NCBI GenBank assembly: GCA_010093995.1 | Contig: ML992504.1 | Location: forward strand, 310,001 to 374,000 | Direction of reading: 5' to 3' | Source of the DNA: Elsinoe ampelina | Lineage: Eukaryota | DNA length: 64,000 nucleotides | Shown: in pieces, positions 50,001 through 61,060 of the stretch | How positions within the stretch are numbered: the first letter of the stretch is position 1 | How the letters are laid out: every line of letters begins with the position of its first letter | Position numbers and translations under genes: made by a program | The notes under the pieces: generated by a model | Seen by the model: the letters and a program-made list of their open reading frames with translations, nothing else | Databases searched by the model: none | What the model was told of the DNA's origin: nothing

Positions 50001-51060
50001 TTGGCTAAGGTCTACAGCGCTCATGTCGAAGAAATCGAGGTCGCATCGAAGTTGAAGACTACCACAGCCCTGCCGACCATCTTGACAAGTCGCATTCAAG
50101 GGGTCGGTCTTGGTGTGCCTCGGACGTACAGGTGATGCTGGTATTCGAGAAGGCAACAACAAGCTGAGATCGATCTTTCGCTATTGCGAGCAGTGAGGTT
50201 GGTCGAGATGGTGCCGCCGAGTAAAGGTTGTTCCGAAGTCATTGATGAAGGCTCGTTGGCCGCTTGGTCGAGGCAAGGGGTGCTTGCAAGCGTTCTGGAT
50301 CGGCTTTGCCTTTCAGCAAGCGTGTCGTCTTAGGAATTATCCTTGACTTCTTCGATATTTCGAGATCTGCAGGGATGGTATCGCTGTCATAACGATGGCT
50401 CTTGATGCACCTTTGTGACTGATCGGGTCGCTGGAGTCGAGGGCATTGGGATAGGTGGTTGGGATCTTGGTGGCACAAAATCCATTGGCCCTGCTTGTTC
50501 AAACCATCGCGTGTACCTTCGAATCATCTACGAAGGGTCTTCGCCAAACGATCTGACTGGATCTGTCGTCTCTCGGGATGAAATGTGGATGATGAGGTGC
50601 TCCGCGAGAGTGCCTTTCTAGCCGATGGAATGGGAGACAGCATCCGCAGCTCAACATGCCCACCCGGTCCTTTCTCTTGGTCCGTCTTATCAGCCACCGA
50701 GTCTTCGAAACCAGGCACCATAGCGCTATCACTGTGTATGTGTATTGTCGCTGAAAAATTGGTCGGAGTTGGTGGCTGTCGAAGATCTTGGGCGAAATCC
50801 TGCGCAGGAGCCTCCCAGGCTTCGGCCAACAAACAACGACTCCACCAAGACTGGAGCTCCAAAGCCCATTCACAGGCCCAGGAGACGCGCTGTGGGTAGC
50901 TAAGAGAGGCATACGGAAGAAGGAATATGGCACTATGTTGCAGACGAGTCACACTCGTGGTCGAGAAAAGGTCTGGACAAAAGGGCTCGTGTACATTCAT
51001 GATCGGACATCCAAAATCTATCAACGCTATAACCATACGATGCAACCCAGATGTATAACA

Positions 51061-52519
51061 TCAAAGACCGACACTGGCGAACATGCGCCTCTTCAACTCC
51101 TGTCCCATTGCCGTCCTGCTTCCAGATGTCCTTCCCGCAGCATCCTTGTTCTCAGCCGCACGCCTGAGCAAGTAGTTTAAGCACTGGGTCATCGTCCCCC
51201 AAGTCGTGCACTTGAACACCTGCGGCGCGTCTGCGGTATCGATACCTCGTGCCTCTGCAAGCAGCTCACAGCTGACTTCGTCCGCCATGCCTTGGAGCTG
51301 AGCATACTTGAGGGGCGTGAGTTCTTCACCGTTCTCGACTTGCTCCTTCCGAATTGCCTGTGCCTTTCTTGTTGTAGCCACATTGTGTGTTGCCAGCATC
51401 ACGTTGATCTCGGGAAACTTCTGCTCGGGAATCGCTGCTGTTAAAGGGGCATCAAACTTCCTCCTCAGTAGCGCAGCTGCAATGCCGTCGTAGTTGGCAT
51501 GTGTCGCCTCCGCCGAGTCCCAAATGAAATGCCGCTCCTCACTTCCCAAGTACGCACCGCGCACGAGCTTGATACCATGCGTGAAGCCTTCTTTGTTCGC
51601 CGTTGCCAGGTGGTGGCTGAGGATGTCGGCCGTACTGCGGAGGTATGCTTGATAGGTGCTGTAGACGATGGACCCGGCAGGTCCCCTATTGTATGCGCTC
51701 TGCATGTTGAGAGTCCACTTGTGGAAGGCGTCGAGTGTGTTGACTTCTTCGGCTGCCGGAAGGAGGTGCACCGTCTTTGTGTGTGCTGCTTCACAGACCT
51801 CTCGCATAGCGGAATCCATGAGTGGCGAAGGCTTGTCGGATGCCCTCATGCGCTTGTAAGCTGCTGTACCTAGCCCGGACCATCTGGAAAATGTCAGTTA
51901 TGGATCAAGGGTGATGTGTTGCTCGAGCATACTTGAGTCCGACAAAGTCACCTGGCCGTGCCATGTCGATCGTCTCGAGTAGTCCCTGGCGCCACACCTC
52001 GACGTCCTTGCCCTCGTCGGCGTCTTTTGCGTCTTTGAGCACTTCAAGCGCGTACTCAAGGATGACACCATGGTATCCAATCTTTTGAAGTTGTTGCATG
52101 CATTCTCGAGCTGACGGCTTGTCTTCACCTGCGCAGAACTGCTTGTAAAATGTCTCACGGAGCGCGAGGTTGATAAGCGGATTCCGCTCCACGTCGGTAA
52201 GCCATGATGACGAGCTGAGCAGACGCGTCAAGATGTTCTGAGACGCTGCGAGAAAGGTAGGAGATGATGATACTGATGTTATCAGGTAAGTCCGCAGTAC
52301 TTGTGATAGTGGTAGGCAGGCTAATGTGGTGCGTTCAGATGTTGTCGGTGCTGCTGACGAGCGTTTAGTGAGACCTTCAAAGGATGCCTGCACGGGACTG
52401 GTCGTCGTCAAGGATGCATGGCCGGGTCGAGAGGTATGCAGGCAACGAAGGGATGTTGCTTTGGTGGCCGGATGGAGGCCCGAGAACCTCGATAAAGCCG
52501 AAGGAGCTCTTGGCGGCAT
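51061..52519 (-). CDS. PUT1: Proline dehydrogenase, mitochondrial (intron 51884-51932)
   Basis: TFYKQFCAGE, VILEYALE, TYQAYL, GIKLVRGAY, MLATHN, QLQGMADE, YLLRRAAEN. Confidence 0.94.
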
Positions 52520-55500
52520 GAGTCGAGGTGGTTGGCTGTGCGTGGAGTGGAGAGGTGGTCAAATTTCAGTCTTTGTGTCACAATCACTTTGCAGAGTCGT
52601 CGAGCAGCTTTAATACATCTACATCTCCACCATACCTTATCAACACATTCCTTTTGATTGAGCTGGGGGCTCGGCTTGCGTCGGATGTTGTTCCGTTCAA
52701 CGATCTTTGGTCACACGTCGCTGAACCCTGGTCCCAGCGGGTCCACCTGCCCGATCAACCTGTCCGATACCGCACACCCAACGTCCTCTCCTCTTTGTTG
52801 GTCACGCAACCATCACAAAGGCCTTGATTCCATCACAGGCGATAATGGATGATGTTATTGCCATCGAAAGAAGTCCAGATTGAGGTCCTTGACGCGTGTG
52901 AGGGAGACAAGCAGCATCTGAGCGCCTTCTACGGTCGCACACGTAGCTCAGTCCTCCTCTCACTCGACGCACTGTATTTTGCACCACGCGCCTTCACGAA
53001 CTGGTCTCATTGAAGCCTCATCCCGCGACGAAGGTCTCAAGCTACGCGCCATCGTTGCATGGAGAGATTCGCATCAGCTTGCATACCCTCAACTTCACTC
53101 AAGCGCCCCAGAGACTTTCACCACAGGTGCATCTTGGGCGCTTTGCCACAGACCTACATCCCTCAGATCCTCTAGGTCGAAATCCATCGGCTCCAGAATG
53201 AAGAACACCATACACCACCGGCATCGGTGTCGTCGACGATTGCCATCCTTGGACGACCTGAGCAGCAGCTGGCCACGTCCACTGCTGCTGCTCTCGCCTA
53301 GGAGCCTAGTTCCTGATGATCCCAAGATCAGCGCCATCCTCGTCAACCAGGCAATCGGGCTCCTCGAACGTTAAAGGCCTTAGTTGGTTTCCGATAGACC
53401 GAGACTCTTTTGAAACCTCGAAACGTACACCCTCATGGCTCTCATCGAATCCGTCCATCTTGCCTGTCTGGTTTTTTCGAATCCGGATCCATGATACGGC
53501 ATCTAAGCTCTTGCTCAGATGAGATCTTCTCCAAGATAGACATCGCCGACAGATTCGAGTCTCAATGAGCAGTGCAGGTGCTCAAGGACGTTCGAGAAGG
53601 ACGCAACACAGACCAAGGAAATACTGGACGCATACTCACTTTGTTGTCTGTACCTACCACTTCAAGGCTGCACTGGCTATCTTCTGGTAGCTTTCATCGG
53701 CACTGCTTCGACTTCTTGGTGTGCGGTCCACGGATGTCGAGATGCTCGATCTACAAAGGGTGTCTATTACACTCATCATATGGCTGTGCAGTGGCCACAG
53801 ACGGTCTTGTCACTCCCGCATGTCCACAAGCACATCATGTGGAGGGGGAATCAACATGCAACTCATCGACGGAGGTACCCCTGAAGAGATCTGCCCTGTT
53901 CACATGCGGCTCGAAAGTCTGATCACATGTCAGCCTCATCAATGCTAGCCATACCCGGCACCACGCCATATCGGACCTGGGTTTTGGGCAGGTCTACCGC
54001 CGGACCCTGATAGACAGCACCAAGCTTGGCCCATGGTGAGCCAGATCAACCCATACGCCTAGTGGTGCACCATTCTTGTTGCGAAGTGTGCTTGATCATG
54101 TCGGGCGCTTGCGAGCCCGATGTGTTGGCCACTGCCCATCATGTATCGGTTTCTGCCACAAGGAGTGTCGTCTGTGGCCTATGCTCGGCGAATCGGCCCA
54201 ATACAGGCACGCTATGTCACATCGTAGCGTCTGTAGAAGAGAGAAGAAGTCCAAGTCAGCATATGATGTGGACGGGATGTTTGTGCGTTGGCAAACATCC
54301 ATGTCCGCGAGTCCCGCTCCAGGGCACTTGCTCCCACACTTCTCCAAGGCAGGACCCTGAGACATCAAGCTATATAATAATTTCTTGTCTGGCTGTCTGT
54401 CAGCTCATCCGAGCTGCGGACGACACTCTCTTCCGGATCTGGATCTTCTGGACACGACTTCGACACCAGCAGAGCGGCGGCGCGGCACCACACACATTAG
54501 ATAGACAAAACGTTCTGAGACTAGTTCGCTAACATTTCTCCAAGTCACTACCCTCTACGAGCCGTCAAAAGCTCACATTACTATCTTCTTTTGCCCGGTC
54601 GTCGCCCTGGTCTTGGCGCTGTCGGGTCTTGGGTTCGTCTCCTGCCTGCGCCTTTCTTTTTGCCTCTTACTCTTTGGCGGATCATTGGAGAGCCTTTAGA
54701 ACTCGTTCTCATCGTCAGGAGGATCTCCACGATGCCCTTCTGATCCTGGGAGTCATCTGACACACTCGGAGACGTTCGCTGAATATTGAGTTTTGATGAG
54801 GACTTGGTGCTGGCGTGTTACATGACGCTGGAGAAGCCTCACCAAATGCGACGCTCACCCCCCACAATGGCTGCTGTTTGCGAGGCCACCACATTGGCGG
54901 CGGGACAGCTGATGCATAACTGCATGAAACAGCTTCGGCAGTTGAAAAGGCAAGGATGCATCATGTCACGGACCCTGTAGAAAAGATCAAGATAGCCCCG
55001 ATCCTCGATACCCATCGGACATCTCGATGCCTCAATTTGGGACATGTATCATTGCGCGCTGCACAAGGGGATTCTCCTCACGCACACCAGTCACGCTAGC
55101 AGTTGAACAAGTCGAGACAGATCTGGCAAAGAGGAGTGGCAGTCACTAGGCGAGATTCTGGCCCATAGAGCCGAAGGAGCTCTGAGTCTATGTCCCCTTG
55201 AACGCCGTGGAAATGTGACCATCCTGGCGGTGAGCAGTTGAACCACTTAGCAAGATCCTGGTTGGTCGATCTGCCGGCGGAACGCATTTCATGTGCATGA
55301 ACGCTGTTGATATTCTGTTCGACCGGCGACAAGCAATGGCAGACATCAAGAGAGGTTTGGGCTGGCAGATCCGGAGGCGAATTGGTTTTGTATCAGCATG
55401 ACGGCCGTGGACATCCTGCCGCTTCAAATTCTCAGCGAGCAATGACCGCTATCGAGAGAGGTCCTGGCTGGGAGACTCTGAGACAGCCTGGACCCACATC

Positions 55501-55878
55501 GATACCAGGTGCATAACATGGCGCACTGCCATTGATCGTGAGCGCTGTGAACATCCTACCAGACTGCTATTAGTAGCTTCACCGGGCCGACACTGCATGG
55601 CCACCGGCGCAGAAGAAACACTACCAGCACGGCTTGAATTGCATGATCATGCTCTCACTGGTACACTGAGGTCAATCAATGGGCGAGCAGAAGGGTATGT
55701 CATTGCTCTTGCCATCTCCCCCAGCCGTCGATATGCAAATGTCCTCAGGACTTGCCGGCATTCTCCTAGAAGTACATCGCTCGGGTATTGTACAGTCGCT
55801 GCCCCTTCCTCAGCCCAGAGATGTCACCAAACGCCTCCCTCACCCCAGAACTCTGCTCCCACCACCGAACTCCACCCC

Positions 55879-56307
55879 CTACGCCTCCCTCCGCACACCG
55901 AACGACATGCCCCTTGACGAACCCCTCCAGACCCCCCTCGCACCACCCCTCGGCACCCCTCTCGCACCACCCCTCGGCACCCCCCTCGCTCCTCCCCTCG
56001 GTACCCCCCTGGTCGCTCCCCCAGGCATCCCCCTCAGCCCACCACGCGCCGCCGCCCTCGCCCTCCTCTCCAGGTACTCCTCCGTCCTCCTCACGGGTTC
56101 TCCCCCATCCTCCGCCTTGGTATCCGCCGTGAACCTCACCCTCTTGGGCGGTCCACCCCTCCCCCTCACCCTCAGCCCACCCCTCGCCTCACCCCCGGCC
56201 CCCTGCACCGCCTTCTCCCTCGCCTCCCCCTTCCCCGACAGCTTCTTCCACCACCTCTTCGCCGCCGCCACCCCTCTCTCAACCGCTCTCTTCATCTCCG
56301 CCTGCAT
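55879..56307 (-). CDS. Orphan basic 142-aa protein with KRVRF motif and RGGARGVP repeats (24-bp tandem repeat ~55930-56040)
   Basis: ATG in AAG ATG context with upstream TATTTAAA; GC-rich open frame; no recognised family. Confidence 0.4.
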   Translation of the reverse strand: MQAEMKRAVERGVAAAKRWWKKLSGKGEAREKAVQGAGGEARGGLRVRGRGGPPKRVRFTADTKAEDGGEPVRRTEEYLERRARAAARGGLRGMPGGATRGVPRGGARGVPRGGARGVPRGGARGVWRGSSRGMSFGVRREA

Positions 56308-58704
56308 CTTGGTTGTTTGTATGTGTGTGGTGAGAGCTGTGGCAGTGGTCAGTAAGTGTTTAAATACACAGGCGAAGGTGCTGGGGTAGCCGCAAAGCGA
56401 CCGTCGCAGCGAGCTGCAGCGGAAGCTATTGAGCAACCTGCAGGGTGAGAGGCGATACTTACAGGCGTGGTGAGGTGGTGGGTTGGTTGAGGAGAAAGCG
56501 CTTTGTGAGGAATTGGCGAAGCTGGATAACTTCACCTGAGGCGGAGCCGCCTCCTCACTGGGTGGCTGGCCAATGAGCTCTTGGCACTACTTCACTTTGG
56601 GCAGGGCACAGAGCATTTCTTGCACTTCTGCGCTGGCAGACTTCATGCGGCATAGTGCAGGACGAGTCCTCAACCCTTCCGGCAGATGTGATTGTACAGC
56701 CAATGTAGGTTTGGTCATTAGCTGTGGCGTGTTTACCGTCAGCAAAGTAATGGGATTGCTATCACGAGTGCTGTCTACACAATGGACGGAAGCTGGCGAA
56801 CATCCATGGTCGAGAACGGCAGCGCGGACACGTCTTGGAAAGCGCAGCGATGTTGTAGCACCGGGCGGATTGTGAGGGCTGCCGTTGTCGACCATTTTTT
56901 GGCCTGGCCCAGAGGTATGGCTCTCAGCGCGATGCCTCATGATGTCTATTTCTCGACTCTGCTGTCTTGCGTTTTGCATGTTGGCAGCTCCGAAGACCGT
57001 TACTCGATTCATATGGGCATCAGCTTTTAGCATATCTTTGCACATAGAAGCATTGTCGTAACTGGTAAGGAGTCGCTGCCAACAATGCCTCTGGAAGCAG
57101 CACATACACATGACACGAGCTGCACTATCATGACCGTCAATTGTGTGAAGTGGACACATTGATGTCAACTGTCGAGACTCTCGACTCGATTGATTGCAAA
57201 GCGTCTATCTACAATGTACCACCTGACTACTGGTCCCTCATGCTTCTCTGCGAGGAACCAACCTTTGATCAGCTGGCGCCGCCCACTGCTGTTTGTAGCA
57301 GTGGACTTTGATCTTGGACTTGTATGCATGCCGAACAGCCATGGGATAGAGCTGGGGCACTTGACCCTGACCAGCCGAAGAGGTCGTCGAGGCGGGCGAG
57401 ACTTGGTCCGTTATGATGAGATACCCATCATTTCATGCGGTAAAAGGAGACCCAGGCGCTGCTTACCTGTTCATCGCTCCTTACAGCGAGCAGATCACGG
57501 AAAGGATGGCAAAAGCGCACACATGCAAAGATGAAAAGATGTACAACTGCTTCGAGCACCAAGCCTTGTCCTGAACGCTTGATGCAAGTGTAGCAGTGGC
57601 AACCGCGGACGCCTGGCTTGTTCAGGCACAGGCACGCTTTGATCTTGGGTCCTTGGCCGCTGGGATATCATCCTCCTCTGACAAGTCAGCGAGTCAATCC
57701 AGGATAGCTTCGGTCCCGTGGCGGCGACAAGCCGAAAGGTGACTCTTATCTTGACTGTCGAGAAAGGTGAAAAGGGATGAGTTGCAAGACACTCGACCAG
57801 TACTCAGCTGGCCAACACCGATACCGGTCGGACAAACACACACGTCACAGTCACAATGCACGAAGGAGATGACACAAGAATTTGTCTCGAGTATGTTCTA
57901 GCACTGTCGTGAGCAAGTCTCAACAACGCTTTCAGTAGCCCGAGTCAAGAAAGATTGCTCTCGGGCACGCCTCCGACGCCATCAGCTATGAAGAAGCCGA
58001 GACGTGCTCACGACCCGCCCAGCCCGTGAAGGCGGATGAGACCGTGTGGAGTGCATGCCCTTTGGGATAAGTACAAGATTGCATGTTGAGGGTACCGGCT
58101 TGCATGGCCGACTGAACGGACCTGAAGCGAATCGACAAGAGAAATGAAGACCAAACAAGAAAGCGAAACGACCTACCGAGTAAACTCACCGGCGAACTCA
58201 CGGGGAAACACCCCCAGACCCCGCTTGTCACGCACTCAATTGCACCGTTCAATGACCCGGACCACTAAATCTAGTCCGAGTCGGCCGAAGCGGTGGCGAA
58301 CATGGTTTTTGCTGTGGGGCGCGATTCAGGTTTGCAGCCATGGAATGTCTGTGCCTTATTCCGCCGCCCCGTGGCTGGTTCTCGCCGGTGTCGAAGGAGA
58401 ACGTCAAAGCCCTGCTTTGCCCTGGGAAAGAAGTCAGTAGGGAACTACCGCAGCACGGCATCCCGAAGCCCCCGCCCCATTGCATCTTGCCGGGACCAGG
58501 GCTCCGAGGTCATTGAGACGGATCTCGATCCTCGAAACCGCTGGCCGCTGTGGCGCTTGTGAAGGAGAACAGTGAGGTGGTGGTGAAGCCAGTGTTGGCT
58601 TGTTCTTGTTTGCTGGTACCTGTCTTTGAGGAAGGTCGGTGGAGCTCGGAGGGAAGTACTGGAACCGTCAGCATTCATTCTTGAACGGTGGAAGTGGTCG
58701 AGGT

Positions 58705-58845
58705 GAATGTATCCCGACGTCGGCCGAGCAGCTTTGAGGTCGGCACGCAGCCTGGCTGCCCAGTACACTGCCGGGACTGGTGTTTGATGTTGCCAGTGAC
58801 CAAAGCTCCACGACCGTGAGGCCGCTGAAACTCTGGCCAAGGGGC
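58705..58845 (-). ncRNA. Intronic box H/ACA-like RNA copy A
   Basis: H box ACATCA 58785-58790; hairpin 2 GTCCCGGC/GTCGGGAT; ACA 58708-58710. Confidence 0.7.
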
Positions 58846-58977
58846 GAGAGGTGAAGGGGAGGAAGAGAGTAGCGGCTTCCTTGACGATGAGAAACAGTTC
58901 GAAGGGCGAAAGGCGACAGTCTAAAGTCGAATTGGCTACACCTGAAGCCGTCAGCACTCATTCCATCCAGTGAGGTG

Positions 58978-59126
58978 CAATGTATCCCAGCATTTTATCC
59001 GAGCGGTGTTGAATTGGCACGAGGCCAGACCGCCCGAGACACAGCCGGGATTGGTTGATATTGCCTGACGGCCTGGGCTTCACAGAGTGGTACTCGAGCT
59101 GCGAAAACCCATGGAAACCGAGCGGC
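58978..59126 (-). ncRNA. Intronic box H/ACA-like RNA copy B
   Basis: H box ATATCA 59056-59061; ATCCCGGC/GCTGGGAT stem; ACA 58981-58983; GTAAGC donor. Confidence 0.78.
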
Positions 59127-59270
59127 GGGGGAAAAGTCGAAAGGGAAAGGACAGAACGAATGCTGCGGCTTACCTGAGGGGATCTTTGGCGAGTGAGTCG
59201 AGGCACTTGAGCCAGAGGGTTCGGGTTGAAAGATCTGAAGCCGTCAGCACTCATCCCATCCAATGAGGTG

Positions 59271-59423
59271 CAATGTATCCCAGCATCTTATCCGAGCGGT
59301 GGTGGATTGGCACGAGGCCAGACCGCTCAGTACACAGCCGGGATTGGTGTTTGATATTGCCTTAACGGCCTGGGCTCCACAGAGTGGTACTCGAGCTGTG
59401 GAAACCCATGGAAACCGAGCGGC
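59271..59423 (-). ncRNA. Intronic box H/ACA-like RNA copy C
   Basis: H box ATATCA 59352-59357; upper stem CTGAGCGGT/ACCGCTCGG ends 15 nt before ACA 59274-59276. Confidence 0.8.
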
Positions 59424-59569
59424 GGGGGAAAAGTCGGAAGGGGAGAGAACAGGACGAATGCTGCGGCTTACCTCGGTGAATGTTTGGCGGTTGAGTTGGA
59501 GCTGTTCGGTTGTGGGAGTTGAGTTGGGATATCTGAAGCCGTCAGCACTCTATTCCAACCGGTGTAGTG

Positions 59570-59708
59570 GAATGTATCCCAGCATCATCCCGAGCGGTGT
59601 TGGTGTGGCACGAAGCCAGACCGCTCAGTAACAGCTGGGACTGGTATTTGATGTTGCCCTTGAGAAACGCACCACAGCCATGAGGCTGCCGAGCACGAGA
59701 TCAAGGGC
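59570..59708 (-). ncRNA. Intronic box H/ACA-like RNA copy D
   Basis: Hairpin 1 GCCCTTGA/TCAAGGGC; H box ACATCA 59649-59654; upper stem ends 14 nt before ACA 59573-59575. Confidence 0.82.
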
Positions 59709-59851
59709 GGGGATGAGGGGGGTGACGGAAAGGGGAAGCAGAAGGTCTAGAGTGCTGCGGCTTACCTGAAGGATTGGTCGATGAAGGATGGTTGAGAGTT
59801 GGGTCGAAAATATCTGAAGCCGTCAGCACTCCATTCCAACTGGGTGCAGTG

Positions 59852-59991
59852 GAATGTATCCCAGCATCATCCCGAGCGGTGGTGATTTGGCACGAGGCCA
59901 GACCGCTCAGTAACAACTAGGACTGGTATTTGCTATTGCCTCGCGATTGAGTCCCCACAGCCATGAGGCTGCCGAGCGCAAGATCGCGGGC
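59852..59991 (-). ncRNA. Intronic box H/ACA-like RNA copy E
   Basis: Hairpin 1 CGCGAT/ATCGCG; H box ATAGCA 59931-59936; ACA 59855-59857. Confidence 0.8.
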
Positions 59992-60158
59992 GGGGATGAG
60001 GGGGGTGACGGAAAGGGGAAGCAGAAGGTCTAGAGTGCTGCGGCTTACCTTGAGGAGGGTTGACGAGTGGTGGTCGATGACGGGTTGGACGATGAAGTGT
60101 GGTCGAGCGTTGGGTCGAAAACATCTGAAGCCGTCAGCACTCGTCAATCTGGCGTGGT

Positions 60159-60294
60159 TGATGTATCCCAGCATCACCCGAGCAGCGTCGCGTTGGCACG
60201 AGGCCAGGCTACCCGGTACACAACTGGGACTTCGATCTTGCCCGGCGATCAGGGCTCCACAACCGTGAGGCTGCTGAAACCAAGACCAAGGGGC
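60159..60294 (-). ncRNA. Intronic box H/ACA-like RNA copy F (degenerate H box)
   Basis: Hinge shortened (AGATCG); hairpin 2 intact; ACA 60162-60164; donor ATAAGC. Confidence 0.65.
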
Positions 60295-60428
60295 GAGAAG
60301 GTGAGGGTGATTGAGAGTGCTGCAGCTTATTTGAGAGAGCTGACACTGATGGCGGCTATCCTGGATGGAAGGAGGAAGAGTCTGGGTCCTGTCAGCTTCA
60401 ATCGAAGTTGAGTCATGGTTGGATGGTG

Positions 60429-60566
60429 TGGTGTATCTCGACGTTACCCTCGCAGCCTATAGGTTGGCCCGAAGACCTGCTGTTTGAGACACTGCCGAGA
60501 CTGGTATTTGATCTTGCCCGGGCCGAAACTCCTCAGCCGTCAGGCTGGGAAGGCAGGACCAAGGGC
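60429..60566 (-). ncRNA. Intronic box H/ACA-like RNA copy G
   Basis: H box AGATCA 60509-60514; GTCTCGGC/GTCGAGAT; ACA 60432-60434; donor GTCGGT. Confidence 0.75.
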
Positions 60567-60684
60567 GTGTGATGCTTGGGGAAGGAAAAGGGATAGGACC
60601 GACCTTGAGGTTGACTTTGACTCTGAAAAGGGTAGGAAGACCTGGGTCCTGTCAGCTTCGTTCGAAGATGAGTCGTTGGTGTAT

Positions 60685-60821
60685 GGGTGTATCTCGACGT
60701 CTACCCTCACAGCATGGAAGTGGCACAAGGCCTGCTGATTGGAACACTGTCGAGACTGGTGTTTGATCTTGCCACGACCAAGACTCCTCAACCGTGGGGT
60801 TGAGAAGGCATGGTCAAGGGC
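60685..60821 (-). ncRNA. Intronic box H/ACA-like RNA copy H
   Basis: H box AGATCA 60764-60769; GTCTCGAC/GTCGAGAT; ACA 60688-60690; donor position CTCGGT. Confidence 0.72.
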
Positions 60822-60923
60822 GAAAGGGTTGGTGAGAGGAGGAACAAGACCGAGCTTGATGATGAATGATGGGGATGTATCTGGGTCCTGTCAGCTTTAT
60901 GCGAAGAAGAGTCTTGGATGATG

Positions 60924-61060
60924 GAATGTATCTCGGCTTTTACCCTCACAGCTTGGAAGTGGCACGAAGCCTGCTGCTGGGGACACTGCCGAGACTGGTG
61001 TTTGCTCTTGCCACGACCAGGACTCTCCAACCATGGGGCTGGAAAGGCAAGGCTAGGGGC
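60924..61060 (-). ncRNA. Intronic box H/ACA-like RNA copy I
   Basis: H box AGAGCA 61003-61008; GTCTCGGC/GCCGAGAT; ACA 60927-60929; donor GTCGGT. Confidence 0.75.

Noticed and set aside
58300..58350. snR30/U17 m1/m2-like motifs (ACATTCCAT, AAACCAT)
   Set aside because: m1 mismatched and m2 is not followed by a stem plus ACA.
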